Shown: positions 1-11,905, counted from the first letter of the stretch. The stretch is 64,000 bases of DNA from Oopsacas minuta (GCA_024704765.1 JAKMXF010000221.1:434001-498000); one strand, 5' to 3'. Translations and numbers: made by a program. The notes: generated by a model from the sequence alone, not told the origin.

Positions 1-483
1 AATTATTCCTGCATCCTTTGTAGCTTGTCTCTGTGCATCATTGAAGTAAGCTGGTACTGTAATTACAGCATCTGATACTTTTTTCCCCAGATACTCCTCA
101 GCAGTTTCCTTCATTTTCAGCAGAACCATGCTAGATATCTCCTCGGGATAGAACGACTTAACTTCTCCCTTGTATTCCACCAGGATTTTAGCTCGACCTG
201 CTTCGTTGATTACTTTGAAAGGCCAGTACTTCATGTCTGATTGGATTACAGGGTCATCGAATTTACGTCCGATGAGACGCTTTGCATCGAATACAGTATT
301 TGAATGGTTCATTGACACCTGGGCCTTTGCAGCATCTCCTATTAGACGCTCCGTGTCATTGAATGCTACATAGCTTGGGGTAGTGCGATTGCCTTGGTTG
401 TTCGCGATTATTTCCACTTTTCCGTGTTGGAATATTCCCACACACGAGTATGTAGTTCCTAGATCGATTCCGATTGCTGTCAT
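1..483 (-). CDS. HSP70: Cytosolic Hsp70 (N-terminal 161 codons; runs off the left edge)
   Basis: Manual minus-strand translation from ATG at 483: [41 protein letters not shown]...[15 protein letters not shown]...PEEISSMVL...[21 protein letters not shown] (Hsp70 signature 1). No signal or transit peptide. Absent from the supplied ORF track. Confidence 0.98.
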   Translation of the reverse strand, partial: MTAIGIDLGTTYSCVGIFQHGKVEIIANNQGNRTTPSYVAFNDTERLIGDAAKAQVSMNHSNTVFDAKRLIGRKFDDPVIQSDMKYWPFKVINEAGRAKILVEYKGEVKSFYPEEISSMVLLKMKETAEEYLGKKVSDAVITVPAYFNDAQRQATKDAGII

Positions 484-572
484 CTTGATTAGAGTTTGTA
501 GATTTGTTTATTTGATTATTCTTTGTTGACTTGTAATTCTTTTTTGGTTTATTTTTCTTAACATCTTTCGAT

Positions 573-580
573 TATTTATA
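573..580 (-). promoter_or_regulatory. TATA box of HSP70
   Basis: + strand tatttata reads TATAAATA on the minus strand; it lies between the HSE cluster and the HSP70 ATG, about 35 nt from the nearest HSE. Confidence 0.65.
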
Positions 581-600
581 TTTTTTATGATTTTAAGCTA

Positions 601-834
601 GAATAACTCAGATATTCCAGAACTTTCTAGAAGTCTAATAATTACCTTTTGGGACAGTAATTTTAGTGGCCTAGAATATTCTAGCAACTTTTCACTACTT
701 ATTAATTCTGTTAATTTTAGAATTCTTCTAGAATATTCCAGAAAGTTCTATTCTATGGAATCTATTATATAGAAAGTAATTCATAGAAAGATGCTAGTCT
801 ATATGCTAATAGAATGTTCTGGAATATTCTAGAA
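601..834. promoter_or_regulatory. Cluster of heat-shock elements (HSF sites)
   Basis: Alternating nGAAn/nTTCn arrays: 615-632 (TTCcaGAActTTCtaGAA, 4 units), 674-691 (2 perfect + 2 degenerate), 726-748 (TTCtaGAAtaTTCcaGAAagTTC, 5 units), 812-834 (GAAtgTTCtgGAAtaTTCtaGAA, 5 units). Directly upstream of HSP70. Confidence 0.92.
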
Positions 835-1005
835 TAGTGGCTTACATTGATTTTTGTACTAGAGTAGAATTGAGTTGCTGTTTGACCAGCTTTGAGGCCT
901 TGGCTGGCATCTAGGGGGCACAAGTTGTATCTAACCTAGCATTATTGTCTGAACCGAAAATTACATAATTAATTGTAACACATATGATGCATACTTGTAG
1001 ATACT

Positions 1006-2076
1006 ATGGGGTGTTTATTTCCTAAGTTTAAATCAACTAAATCGTTACGACAAACACCCTCACTGGCCGCCTCATCTTCAAAGGACTATGGTACACTCCA
1101 TAACTCTCAAGAGATAGCTCATGTTCCAACTACACCATCACCATCATACTACTCTCCTAGTCCTTACAACCCAGCTTACACTCCGATAAATCCCCCTCTT
1201 GACATAACCTATACTGCTGATAGGAAGGGTACTCGTGGAGATTCCATTCACTCAAAGAAAGGTAGCTTAAGACGTGGAAATATGCCAATACGAATAGCTA
1301 CATGGAACCTGCTGTTATTCTCTAAGGAGAAAGCTTCTCATCCTGAAGTATTAAAAATAATAGTAGATATCATTCTAGCTAATCAGCTGGACCTTATAGC
1401 TGTACAGGAGTTGTCAGATAAGATTGCTTTGAAGCTGGTTTGTGATGAGCTAAACAGGAGTAAGAATGGGGTTTGGAAATATAAGGTATCCGAGCGTGCA
1501 GGAAGGATGTTCCAGTCTAACGAGTATTTGGGGTATATCTGGAATACAAGCAAAGGTTTGCGAATGAAAAGCGATCGTCTGCTCACTCAGAACAAGAGTT
1601 TTGCTCGTAGCCCCTATCTTGCTAAATTCATTATAAACAAACAAAATATGCTACTTGTTAATGTACACTTGAAAGCTGTAGGACTAGCTAGAGAAGATAT
1701 TAACAGAACTAGAGATGAAGTAGATCTGCTATCACTCCTGATACAGTCAATTTACAGTATATCTGATTTTACATCTGTACATACATTTTTACTCGGAGAT
1801 TTCAACTTGTGTCCTGACTCAGACTTCGATAGAATATACCAAAGTGGTTTCCAGAACCTGTTAGCTAAAGGGACACATACTAACATTAGTGCGCGTAACC
1901 CTCGGGGCTCAATGAGTTATGACAATATTTGGGTGTCTTTAGAAACGCTAGAGACGGTGTATGGAGGGAAGTGTGGGGTTGTGAGAGATGGTCTGGTTGA
2001 TGTAGACACGAGACGAGAGGACAGAGCTCCTACTGTGTCAGATCATTGTCCTGTGTGGGCTACTTTCAATCTCTGA
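1006..2076 (+). CDS. EEPD1: EEPD1-like endonuclease/exonuclease/phosphatase (DNase I fold), N-terminal MGC acylation motif, no HhH motifs
   Basis: 356-aa intronless ORF with EEP motifs IATWN, AVQE, VNVHLK, LGDFN, YDNIW, SDHCPV; TNISARNPRGSMSYDNIW resembles EEPD1. Confidence 0.8.
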   Translation: MGCLFPKFKSTKSLRQTPSLAASSSKDYGTLHNSQEIAHVPTTPSPSYYSPSPYNPAYTPINPPLDITYTADRKGTRGDSIHSKKGSLRRGNMPIRIATWNLLLFSKEKASHPEVLKIIVDIILANQLDLIAVQELSDKIALKLVCDELNRSKNGVWKYKVSERAGRMFQSNEYLGYIWNTSKGLRMKSDRLLTQNKSFARSPYLAKFIINKQNMLLVNVHLKAVGLAREDINRTRDEVDLLSLLIQSIYSISDFTSVHTFLLGDFNLCPDSDFDRIYQSGFQNLLAKGTHTNISARNPRGSMSYDNIWVSLETLETVYGGKCGVVRDGLVDVDTRREDRAPTVSDHCPVWATFNL

Positions 2077-2212
2077 GATTTTTTCTTTTTGAACATTATT
2101 GCTATTTTTTGTTTGTATATTTGTGATAGCTTTGATCTATAAAATTTGTTGTTGTTGATGTTGCTGTCTTGTTGGTTATTGGTAATACATATTAATTGTT
2201 TATATTTAGAAT

Positions 2213-2728
2213 ATGAATAAACTCCAGTCAGCTGACTCGAGTGAAGAATCAGATCAAGACTACATTCCTCCGACCAAGAGATCTAAGTCTAACAATTCAA
2301 ACAGCGATGAAGATGTGACTAAAGGACATGAGTTTAGAGTTGATCCTTTGTGGGAAGAATTCAAAAATAATTCCTCTACTTCTAAGGACAAAATCAAGGA
2401 TTCTAAGTTAGAATGTGAAGATAGAGCTGTGGATGATATTCAGCCGATAAAACACAGAGTTGTTTCTAAGAAAGCAAGTTCAGCTCCTGCTAAGTCTCGT
2501 TTGGATCAGCTGTTGAGAGGGAAAGCTCAGAAAAAGCGAGAGAGACCTGAAAATATTCTGAATTCCTCAAAACGTGACTGGGATATTTTGAAAACTAGGG
2601 AACAACTGTCAGACGAATTAACTCACCACAATAAAGACGGATTCCTTGAGAGACAAGATTTTCTTAAACGCTGTGAGGAGAGAGAGTACGACAACCTGCT
2701 GGAGAGCAGGAGTAGAAAGAAGAAATGA
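2213..2728 (+). CDS. CFDP1: CFDP1/BCNT (Swc5) family protein
   Basis: Acidic N-terminus (SDQDYIP) and C-terminal BCNT domain LNSSKRDW...ELTHHNKDGFLERQDFLKRCEEREY. Confidence 0.9.
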   Translation: MNKLQSADSSEESDQDYIPPTKRSKSNNSNSDEDVTKGHEFRVDPLWEEFKNNSSTSKDKIKDSKLECEDRAVDDIQPIKHRVVSKKASSAPAKSRLDQLLRGKAQKKRERPENILNSSKRDWDILKTREQLSDELTHHNKDGFLERQDFLKRCEEREYDNLLESRSRKKK

Positions 2729-2742
2729 ATCAATTCTTACAG

Positions 2743-2830
2743 CCAATAAGATTTTAGCTTCTAATCGTGTTATAGTTTGACCAATCAGGTTCCAGAGTTA
2801 CAGGAGGAGATCGATTGGAAAGTATATAAG
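2743..2830 (+). promoter_or_regulatory. Three CCAAT boxes plus TATA box upstream of the TSSK-like gene
   Basis: CCAAT 2743-2747, CCAAT 2781-2785, ATTGG 2814-2818 (about 33-38 nt spacing, NF-Y-like), TATATAAG 2823-2830. Confidence 0.6.
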
Positions 2831-2891
2831 GGAATTGAATAGTCACAAAAATATTTTTATATTTCCTCCCTTCCTTCACTCACAAATTCAA

Positions 2892-3851
2892 ATGTCAAAA
2901 CCTTCAACTAAAATATTCTATTCTTCCAGTTCATCTTCCCAAGACAGATCCTCCAAACTAGAATCCCTTCTCCGTGATGAAGGGTATCTCCCAGGGAATA
3001 CTCTGGGATCAGGAGCTTATGCCAAAGTCAAAGAGGCTTGTCACACGAAGGAGAAGACTATGGTAGCTCTCAAGATTATCGATTTGATAAAAGCTCCTGA
3101 GAACCTCATGAACAAGTTTCTACCTAGAGAACTCGATGCCTTACGTCATATCGACCACCCTAACGTAATCCGCATGATATCCTCTCTCCAGTTCTCCACA
3201 CAGCACCTCGTTATCGTTACAGAACTAGCAGAGAACGGAGACCTGCTTGACTACATCAATAAACACCGGAGACTATCAGAAGACAGATCCTTGGATATAT
3301 TCATTGACTTCATAAACGGTATGAAGTATCTACACGGACGTGATATTGTGCATCGTGACCTGAAGTGTGAGAACCTCTTGCTTGATAAAAATAACAAGCT
3401 TATGATAGCTGACTTAGGATTCGTGACTAGAGAGATGGGTAGACTTAGTACTTACTGTGGTTCTATAGCTTATGTGTCACCTGAAGTGTTACGTAAACAG
3501 CCATACTATGGTAAACCAGCTGATGTATGGAGTATGGGAGTTATACTGTATGCTATGTTATACGGGAAACTACCATTTAAGGAATCAGACCTAGTTAGCA
3601 AGGGTGCTAAAGTGATGACAGGTATTGATTATACTACTCGTCACCTTTTGAGTGAATATACCATACTTTTCCTACGTCAGCTGCTAGTCTATGATCCTGA
3701 CGGAAGATTAACTGTAAACCAAATGCTCTCGCATCAATGGATAGTGTTAAAGAAAGTGAATCAGACTTCTATCAGTAGCTCAGAGAGTAACGGACCAAAC
3801 TCTGAGGAGAGCTTGTATCTCTCTAGGAATAGAAAACCTGGTTCTCAATAG
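2892..3851 (+). CDS. TSSK: Testis-specific serine/threonine kinase-like (TSSK, CAMK group)
   Basis: LGSGAYAKVK, VALK, HRDLKCENLLL (TSSK-type), DLG, TYCGSIAYVSPE, DVWSMGV. First ATG at 2892; the track's 2835 is a TTG start. Confidence 0.8.
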   Translation: MSKPSTKIFYSSSSSSQDRSSKLESLLRDEGYLPGNTLGSGAYAKVKEACHTKEKTMVALKIIDLIKAPENLMNKFLPRELDALRHIDHPNVIRMISSLQFSTQHLVIVTELAENGDLLDYINKHRRLSEDRSLDIFIDFINGMKYLHGRDIVHRDLKCENLLLDKNNKLMIADLGFVTREMGRLSTYCGSIAYVSPEVLRKQPYYGKPADVWSMGVILYAMLYGKLPFKESDLVSKGAKVMTGIDYTTRHLLSEYTILFLRQLLVYDPDGRLTVNQMLSHQWIVLKKVNQTSISSSESNGPNSEESLYLSRNRKPGSQ

Positions 3852-4174
3852 CCAGTCAATAGAAGGTGTACTTTGTATTTTTGTATTTTGAAAAATGAAA
3901 GAAAATAAATGAACAAAAAGTGAATAAATTCAATCAATTCCTTTGACTTAATTTTAATAATTCTCTGTATTGTATGGCCTCTGCTGTACTTAGATTATAA
4001 CTTTGTGTAATATTATTATTCATCACTAACCTCAAGTGAGTAATTTCCAGTAATATTAATTGGCAATTATATTCACAGAAATTCTAATACATGATACTAA
4101 TCTTAGGGTAAATATCTAACAATCTCAACACGTATTTATACATATCCGTACAACTCCTTAGTCTATATCTGTTA

Positions 4175-7100
4175 ATGATGAGTACTTTAGACAGCAAACA
4201 AACAATCAGTCCTCTAGTCACGGCATCTAATCTCATAGATCCCCCCGAGTTTATACCGTCTACAAACATTCCTCTCATCCCTAGCAACAACATCCACACA
4301 GACCTATCAGAACTGGAGAGTATATTCACAGCACCTCCTCCCCTTGTCCAGGCCTCTGACCCCACCCCTCTACTGCTCTCCTCTTATAGAGACGAAGATT
4401 CTAGTTCACAAGTAAGTTATTTATAGTAATAATTAAGAATTAATGACTTTAGTGTTTGTATATTATAGTTTAACAACACCTTCCAATCTCCTCAACTACT
4501 CCCAGACATTTCTCTCCAGTCCCCTATTAAGAGTGACGTCACTCCTTCAGCTCCTTCCGCAGATCTCCTGTTACAGTTCGATGAGCTTATGGTACCTACC
4601 TTACCTACTTCACAAACCTCATCTTCCTCAGAGTTTATGTCACAGCCATCAGATCTTAACCTAGACTCAGAAGTACAGACAAATACTGACCCTACACAAA
4701 CAGACTCCGGAGTATCAGGAGACTCATTCGGTACACCCCCTAGTTCCCCTGCCTGGATCACAAATCCTCCTATACAAGATATTCCTCCCGAGGAGACTCA
4801 GGTCACGAATACCTCAACGAATGATCCTCTAATCCAATCTAGTTCTTTAAATAAAGTCACACTATTTGACCCTCTAACCTCTGCAGATAACGTGACACAA
4901 CTCCCAGAACCTCCACCTAAAGACATACAGCAAGACATACAGTCAAAATCTCTACCCGTCCCTCCACCAACAGGTAGTAGCGGTAGTATCCTATCTGTAC
5001 ATGGAATAACTAATTCCGTTACTGTTGAAAAGCTAAGACTACATTTCTGGATGTATAGAGCTAGTATTAAGTTCATTGAGATCAAACAAGATCCTGAAGA
5101 TCCCACTATTAAAATGGGAGTGATTACCTTCTCCTCTCCTCAGCTGGCTACTCAGCTGCTGAGGGAGTTCAGTCAGTTGCCACTAGCCGGACAGATCCAT
5201 AGCATAACAGCTGATACGTGTGTCATACCAGATTCCCTGGCACACTATCCATCTCCTGGAGTATTTAGTGATAGCATGGATGATTTGGATAATTGTTCTG
5301 TCATGGAAGGAGCTCCAATCAATCGGGAAAGGAAGTCGCGGTCTCTCTCTCCAGCGAGTCGTGAATTCTCTCCTGATCCCGGCAGGAGACAAGATCCTAA
5401 TCGAATAGCCCGAGAATCAAATTGTCGCAATCCTACCAAATTCCAGAGGATAGAGCACGAAGGAGACCCTAAAATCCACACTGTTGTAATACGGAACATC
5501 CCATTTTCATATCCCATAGATAATATAAAATCATTTGTTAAGAAATGGTGGGATGACCGGATTCAGTCTGTTATACCTTCTAAAGATAAGCTTGCAGGTA
5601 AAGCTAGTATTATGTATATTAATACATACTCTACAGAGCTACCGCAGATCATAGTTGATAAACTGCTAGAAGGTGAATTCATAGTTGATCCGATGGATAT
5701 ATATACCCGTATGAATAGTAATTGGACAGGTCACCTCGAGCATCCTTCTGGCAAGAGGAAGAGAAGGTCAGACTCTTCTCAGAATAATTTCTATTCCCAG
5801 GATCCGTATCCACCCCGAGGGCAAGAAATGGAGTGTAATGAGGATGATTACCACCCCTCTGCTCCTCCTCCACCCTATTACGACCCTCTCTCTCCTAGTT
5901 GTTCTCTACTCCCTCCAGAAGAACCAACAGTTCTGATACTACATAAGGTACAGGGATGCGTTAACAGAGACTCTATGACTAATTATTTCTACGATTTCTC
6001 TAATTATACAATTGAATGGAAAGCTGATCCTCTCCCAATTGACCCACATGATAAAAAGAATACAACTTTTAGTCGAGTACGAGTTTTTTTTTCAAATAGG
6101 GAGGCAGCTCTCGATGCTATGACATATCTAGCACATGTCCCCCTGAATGGTGCATACGTGATAATCAGCTTAGAAGAGGACTACTGTCAACAACAACAAT
6201 GCTCTTCTTCTCCCATTAAAAGAACTACACCAGATGATGCATTCCTTATAGTAACAGGATTTGACGAATGTATAACAACTGAATATTTTGAGGTTAACAG
6301 TGTTATCAGACGTTATAAAGATCATTACTCAGAGATAAGAGTACAGACAAATAGCAAAACAGGAGAGAAGAGAATACAAATTAAATTTCATAACAGAGAC
6401 GCTATAATCGAGGCAGAAGCAGCTATGCTACAAGTAGATTTCAGAGGTAGAAAGATGGATGCTATGATAGAACACATCAAGCAAGAGACTCCTTCCTCTC
6501 CAGTTCGGTCAGCTGATTTGATAATAATAGTAAGTAATATTCCTCCTTGTGTTACTAGCGCTGAGTTGAAGATTATGTTCGATTCTTACGGAAACATAAT
6601 GAAGGAGGTAGACATCAGGCCCATGAGTCAGAATCAAACTCTTGGTCAGTGTAATATTCAGTATCAAAATTCAGATAGTGCTCGTCTGGCTATTGAAGCT
6701 AAAGACGGTATAACTTATGAAGGACATATTCTGGAAGTTAAACTGCTATCTCATCTTATACAGACAGAACCTGTTACACCTGTTATACCTGTTACGGCAT
6801 GTACACAGGCTGAGGTCAGCTGTTCACCGCCACAGCCTACTCCCCCGTAAGTTAGCTATAATCCCCAGACAGTAATTCTATAGCTTGTAAGTGATTCTTA
6901 CCCCATATAGCTTGTAAGTGATTCACTTCGCTTATAACAAGAGTTTACTGTATTCAAATTTTCAATACAATATAGTGTCGAGAATATCAAGAGTGGGAAG
7001 ATGAGCAAAGAATTGATCGATTACTTGAAGCAGAAATACGAATCAGATATAGATAAGTTTAGACAGCTGGGGGGCTTTAAATATACAGATGGTATTCTGT

Positions 7101-10100
7101 ACATCAAACATCCTGATGCTAAAGTACTCGATGACTTTATCAATAATGTTATTGGTGAAGTGAGTTTATGCTACACAAACAGGTTCCATTAGAATTCATT
7201 TAAACTTCTTCTTAGACCACTGAATTAACTAAGGAATTACAAGACTCTGATTTGAAAACTCTTCTTGGATCAGATGACCAAAATTTTCCTACTACTAACA
7301 TTCAGAAGATCCTGGGGTCACTTCTAGAGACTGGACATATTGATTATATCACTGGTTGCTTACCTTATTTTATTCACATTTTTGGAAACAAGAAATCTGT
7401 CTCTGTTGCTATGAAGAATGTTATGGTATTTCTGTATTCACAATTAGATTTGAGTTGGTAAGTAATAATCTTAAATATAATTCTATTTTCTTACTTTACC
7501 TCTAATTGTACTCAATAGCCCATTGGATATCTTATTCAACAAATTCCCCGAACTTCTCCACTCAGACACTTCAATATTTAATATTACAAATTTGAAAGTT
7601 CATATCCGTTGTCCCTCGCTTGATGTATGTAAGCATGTTAAGCAATCAATGGAGATAGCAGTGAATCGTTGCTGCACTGTCGCTGTTAATATGACTCAGA
7701 GATATCTTAAACCTGCTCACATATTCATTACACGGAATGATATACATGTCTGTCTGCTTGTCAAGACTCCAGATGGTAATTATTTAGACAAAGCTTCTAA
7801 GCAAATAGAGGGAGCTAAAGTGTATCTCTGTGGGTATAATGAGCATGTTACGAGCCTTGTTAATGTACTGGAGACTCCTTGTAAGAAGGTTATGCCTATC
7901 TCTCAAAGTGCTCTGGAGAAGCTTACTAGGAAACGAGATAAGGGTGCTATTCTATTAGAGAAGTTTGAATCAAAATCTAAAGTCTGTATCCACCTGGAGA
8001 AGAAGAATAGTCTTGTTATTTCTGGGTTTATAGAGGAGGATATTGAAGCTATGGCAGATGAACTGAGTAAGAAATTGGAGGATGTCCGTCTCACTTTAGA
8101 TGAAAAGTATCTAGAGGTTACGCAGGTTAGATAGCTATTAGGTTATAGACCTCTATCCTATGTAATTGATTGTAAATACTGTATGTTTTTAGAAGCATTA
8201 TCTGATAGAAGGAGCTGAGAATAATTGTAGTTTTGTATTCGAGATTATACAAGAATTGGAGATTCAATTACAAATCAAGGTTGAATTTAACAATGGACAA
8301 ATCGAGCTGTCAGGAGACCAGGAATCTATTCTGAAGGTTGAAACCAATTCTAAAGATTTCAATGACCTTATACATTCATGTCTGCCGGTGAAAACATTTC
8401 ATAAAGTTGTAGTAGAAGTTACTAGCCGACGATTCGCGGAATTAATCTTCAAATATTTGAACTATTTGTGTGACAGAGAGAATTACTTCATATTTCAGTT
8501 GCTCAATCCTATGCCCATGTCTAATCGACCAGGATCTTGTGATGTTCAAGTGATTGTATCTGCTCATCCGAAGACATTGACTGCAGTTGAGCCTAAAATT
8601 AAGGTAAGCATACAGCCAACCCCCGTTAGTCATAAATTATACAAATATGGTCCCAAACCGTCAAAGTAACATATCCCATCGGTTATATCGAATTAATTCC
8701 CGCTGTCCAGCTTCGATATGACAGGAGTTGACCTTAGCGTTTCTTTGATATTTACTTATTTTAATATTCTTATTGACAGGAAATTCGTGCTCGTTCTGAC
8801 AATATAAAAGTTACAAAAGAAGATTTTAATCTTTATAAGTCCGCTACTGAGAAATTCAAGAAGATCAAAGAAACTGAATTTATTGAGATTATCCCAGATT
8901 CAGGTTCTTCTACTCTACAGTTCCTCTCTATCGGCGTTTCTCCTAAGACAGCTCAGGAACTGCTTGATTCTGGTCTCAGTGACCAAGAAGAAAGGAGAGA
9001 AGTATCGATCACCGTGACACTAGCCTTCTATATTAGAGAGAAAAAGATAATTAAGGAACTAAAGGAGAAGTTTAACTGTAATTTGAAATTAGAAGAAGAC
9101 AGGAGTTGTACTTGTCGTATACGAATGAACGGCAAGAGAGACGATGTGGCTAAAGTCACTGAACATATTCAATCGTTAACGAGTATGCTAATATCCGTAC
9201 CTTTCGAAATAAAATTTCCATCGAAAAAGTTTTTTGCTCAATTCCAATCAGAGGTTATTTCTATTAAAGATATTATTCAGAATGAATGTAGAGTATTAAT
9301 AGATGCTCGGCCTCTGTCCATTAATGGAGAATCAAAGAAGGAATGTACTATGATTATTATGTCAGAAATCAGAGCAGATATCGATCAAGCTGTTACTCAA
9401 TTCAGAGATTATATTACTTTTGATAAAATCACCAAACCTCTTACTAAAATACAACAAACTAAGATGGTAGACAATATGCTTACAGTATTTGCAAAACAGT
9501 GTAGTGAACATCATTATTATATCGATCTTTCCCACGATAATTTTTCCCTAATGGCTCTCAGATACTTCGCAAAAGAAGCAATTCCCTGTGGAGAGAAAAA
9601 CTTAAAACCTTATTTTGAATTTGCATGCGCTGAATACTGTGTTCCAAACTTTCCTCTACTCCATTCTCTGTTTACAGATTCTGCTACGCAACGGGTAAAT
9701 GCTATTGGAATTAATAACTCTGTAAAAATATTTCCTCCACAATCCAACACACAGGCGTATAAACTAGAAGGAAACTATGACAATGTAAAGCTAGCTTATA
9801 CTGAGTTAGATGAGTATGTTAAGGGATTATCAAAATTCTTCACAACCTGTAGAGTAGATGTCAATTGTCCTATAGAAGCTCTGCAGGCTGATCAAGATAT
9901 CATTCGATTCCTGGAGGGTCTGTCTCGTCCAGACACCTCGATCCTCGTTACCCTACCCAGCATGTTACCCACTAACCAAACTCTCATAGCTTCCTATGAA
10001 ATACCTCTAATCACTCATAACCTTATATTAGAAATTCAGAAGGGGGATATTACTAAACTAAATATTGATGCTATTGTTAACGCCGCGAATGAGCGTCTCT

Positions 10101-11905
10101 GTCATGGAGGTGGAGTAGCTTGTGCTATCAGTAATGCAGGGGGCCCAATTGTCCAACAAACTAGTTCCCAGTACGTTCAGGAAAAAGGACCCCTACCAGT
10201 CAGCTTGAACATAATCTTACCAGCTGGTAATATAAAGTGTAAATCAATTATCCACGCGGTTGGTCCGGTATGGGACAAAAATAATCCGGATAAAGTTAAG
10301 AATGAATTAGGACATTGTGTTTACAATATTTTTAAGACTGCTGAGAAGGAATCTTACTCTACAATTGCATTGCCAACTATTTCTGCTGGGATATTTGCGT
10401 TTCCTGTGGAGGTGAGTACTTCTACAATTATAGAAGCTATCGAACATTTCTTCAAATCTAAACAGTTCTACTCACTTCAGAAGATTATCCTGATTGACAT
10501 CCAAGATAATATTCTGCAACAGTTTAAGCTTGTTTGTGATAGACAGTTTAAACCGCAGAAACAAGAAAATATTATTTCTTCTTCTCTTCCAAATCCAACG
10601 AATATTCCTCTACCACCAACTCCTCCTGCACAAACTATTTTTCAGTTTCAAGAGAACAACCAATCTTGGATTCCATATTCACAACCAGATAACGATATAT
10701 TGAAAAAAGCATACGATAATAACCCAGCTGGAGCTATCAGTATATCCCGGGCTAAGTACACTTATACTATAGATTTTAATTCTATGATACAGACAAATAA
10801 TCAAACTCAAGTCAAGAGAAATATCCAAATAGTTAACCCAGTTCCCCAGGATGACGATTTAGTTGTGCCAATACCAGTAGATGCTCCGTCCTCTTGGACA
10901 GATATTACTAGTAAAACTATTGTGTTCTTCGGACGTAAAGATAGAATGGACGATGTGAGACAGAAATTCGAAGGTTTAGTTAAATCATTGATGAAGAAAA
11001 TAGAATTTAGAGTTACACATTCTAGGAGAAATGACTTAATCTCGATAATGACTGCTTGTAAGTCACCTTACGTTAAGCTGTCCTTAGAAACAGAGACAGA
11101 CTCTTTCAATGTAATAGTTGATGGATATTATAAAGATGTTAAAAGTACAGAGACTGAGATTTTGGCTAAGCTAATGGTTCTGATACAGAAGCAATCTCCT
11201 AACTTTGAGGGACCCCCTAACTACTGGTTAGCTCAAGGATCAGATGTTTCTAAACTAATACTTCTACCGCATAATTTAACCGAGTATCAGCAGGTCGTGA
11301 GTAAGTTCAGATCGACTCTGCCTCAGGCCTCTATCGTTAGAGTAGAGCGGGTACAGAATACTTGGCTATGGACACGTTACCAACAAGACAAACAACGGAT
11401 CATGCAGAAGAGCACAGGAGGGGCAAATGAAATGATCGTGTATCACGGCACTAGGGGTAATTCTCCACATCTTATATACAAAGGTGAGCAAGGTTTTGAA
11501 GCTCGGCTAGCAGCCAGTGGTATGTGGGGTACTGCTAGTTACTTTGCTGTAAATGCTTCCTATTCTAACGACTATGCTTATCAATGTCCAGATGGTAACA
11601 GGCAATTATTCAGCGTTAAAATATGTGCTGGTGATGTAATAGAAATGGAACCTGACTCATCTTTAAGATTACCTCCTCTGAAAAGCCAGATAAATCAACA
11701 GCTTCAACGGAATCCGTCCCCATTCGTTTTATCAACTAGTGACATTTATGATACCTCCCTCCAGCCTCAAATCCCGCAACCGACAGCTCCACAGTTTGTA
11801 AATGACAGATACGACACCGTTTCTGGAACAACCAGGGGCTCTAAGGTCTATATGATTTATGAGAACGGTCGTGCATACCCCGAATATCTCATCACATACC
11901 GATGA
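4175..11905 (+). CDS. PARP14-like: PARP14-like mono-ADP-ribosyltransferase, ~2,394 aa: Pro/Ser-rich N-terminus, 5 RRMs, KH-like array, macrodomain, WWE, KH-like, ART
   Basis: Seven exons joined with phase-compatible GT-AG sites: 4175-4411, 4469-6846, 6976-7159, 7216-7457, 7519-8125, 8193-8603, 8780-11905 (7,185 nt). Macro motifs GDIT, IVNAAN, HGGGV, IIHAVGP, SAGIFAFP; WWE FQFQENNQSWIPY...YTIDFNSMIQTN; ART YHGT, YFA, AYPEYLITY. Confidence 0.88.
6879..6952. repeat. 19-bp direct repeat plus a solo pogo-like terminal repeat in PARP intron 2
   Basis: tatagcttgtaagtgattc at 6879-6897 and 6906-6924, followed by cgcttataacaagagtttactgta (reverse complement begins TA-CAGTAAACTC). Confidence 0.6.
8611..8736. 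mobile_element. TA-flanked pogo/Tc1-mariner-type MITE (family A), degraded, in PARP intron 6
   Basis: Shares caaatatggtcc(c)aaaccgtcaaagtaacata and cttcgatatgacaggagtt with copies at 20590, 29345 and 44970. Confidence 0.65.
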
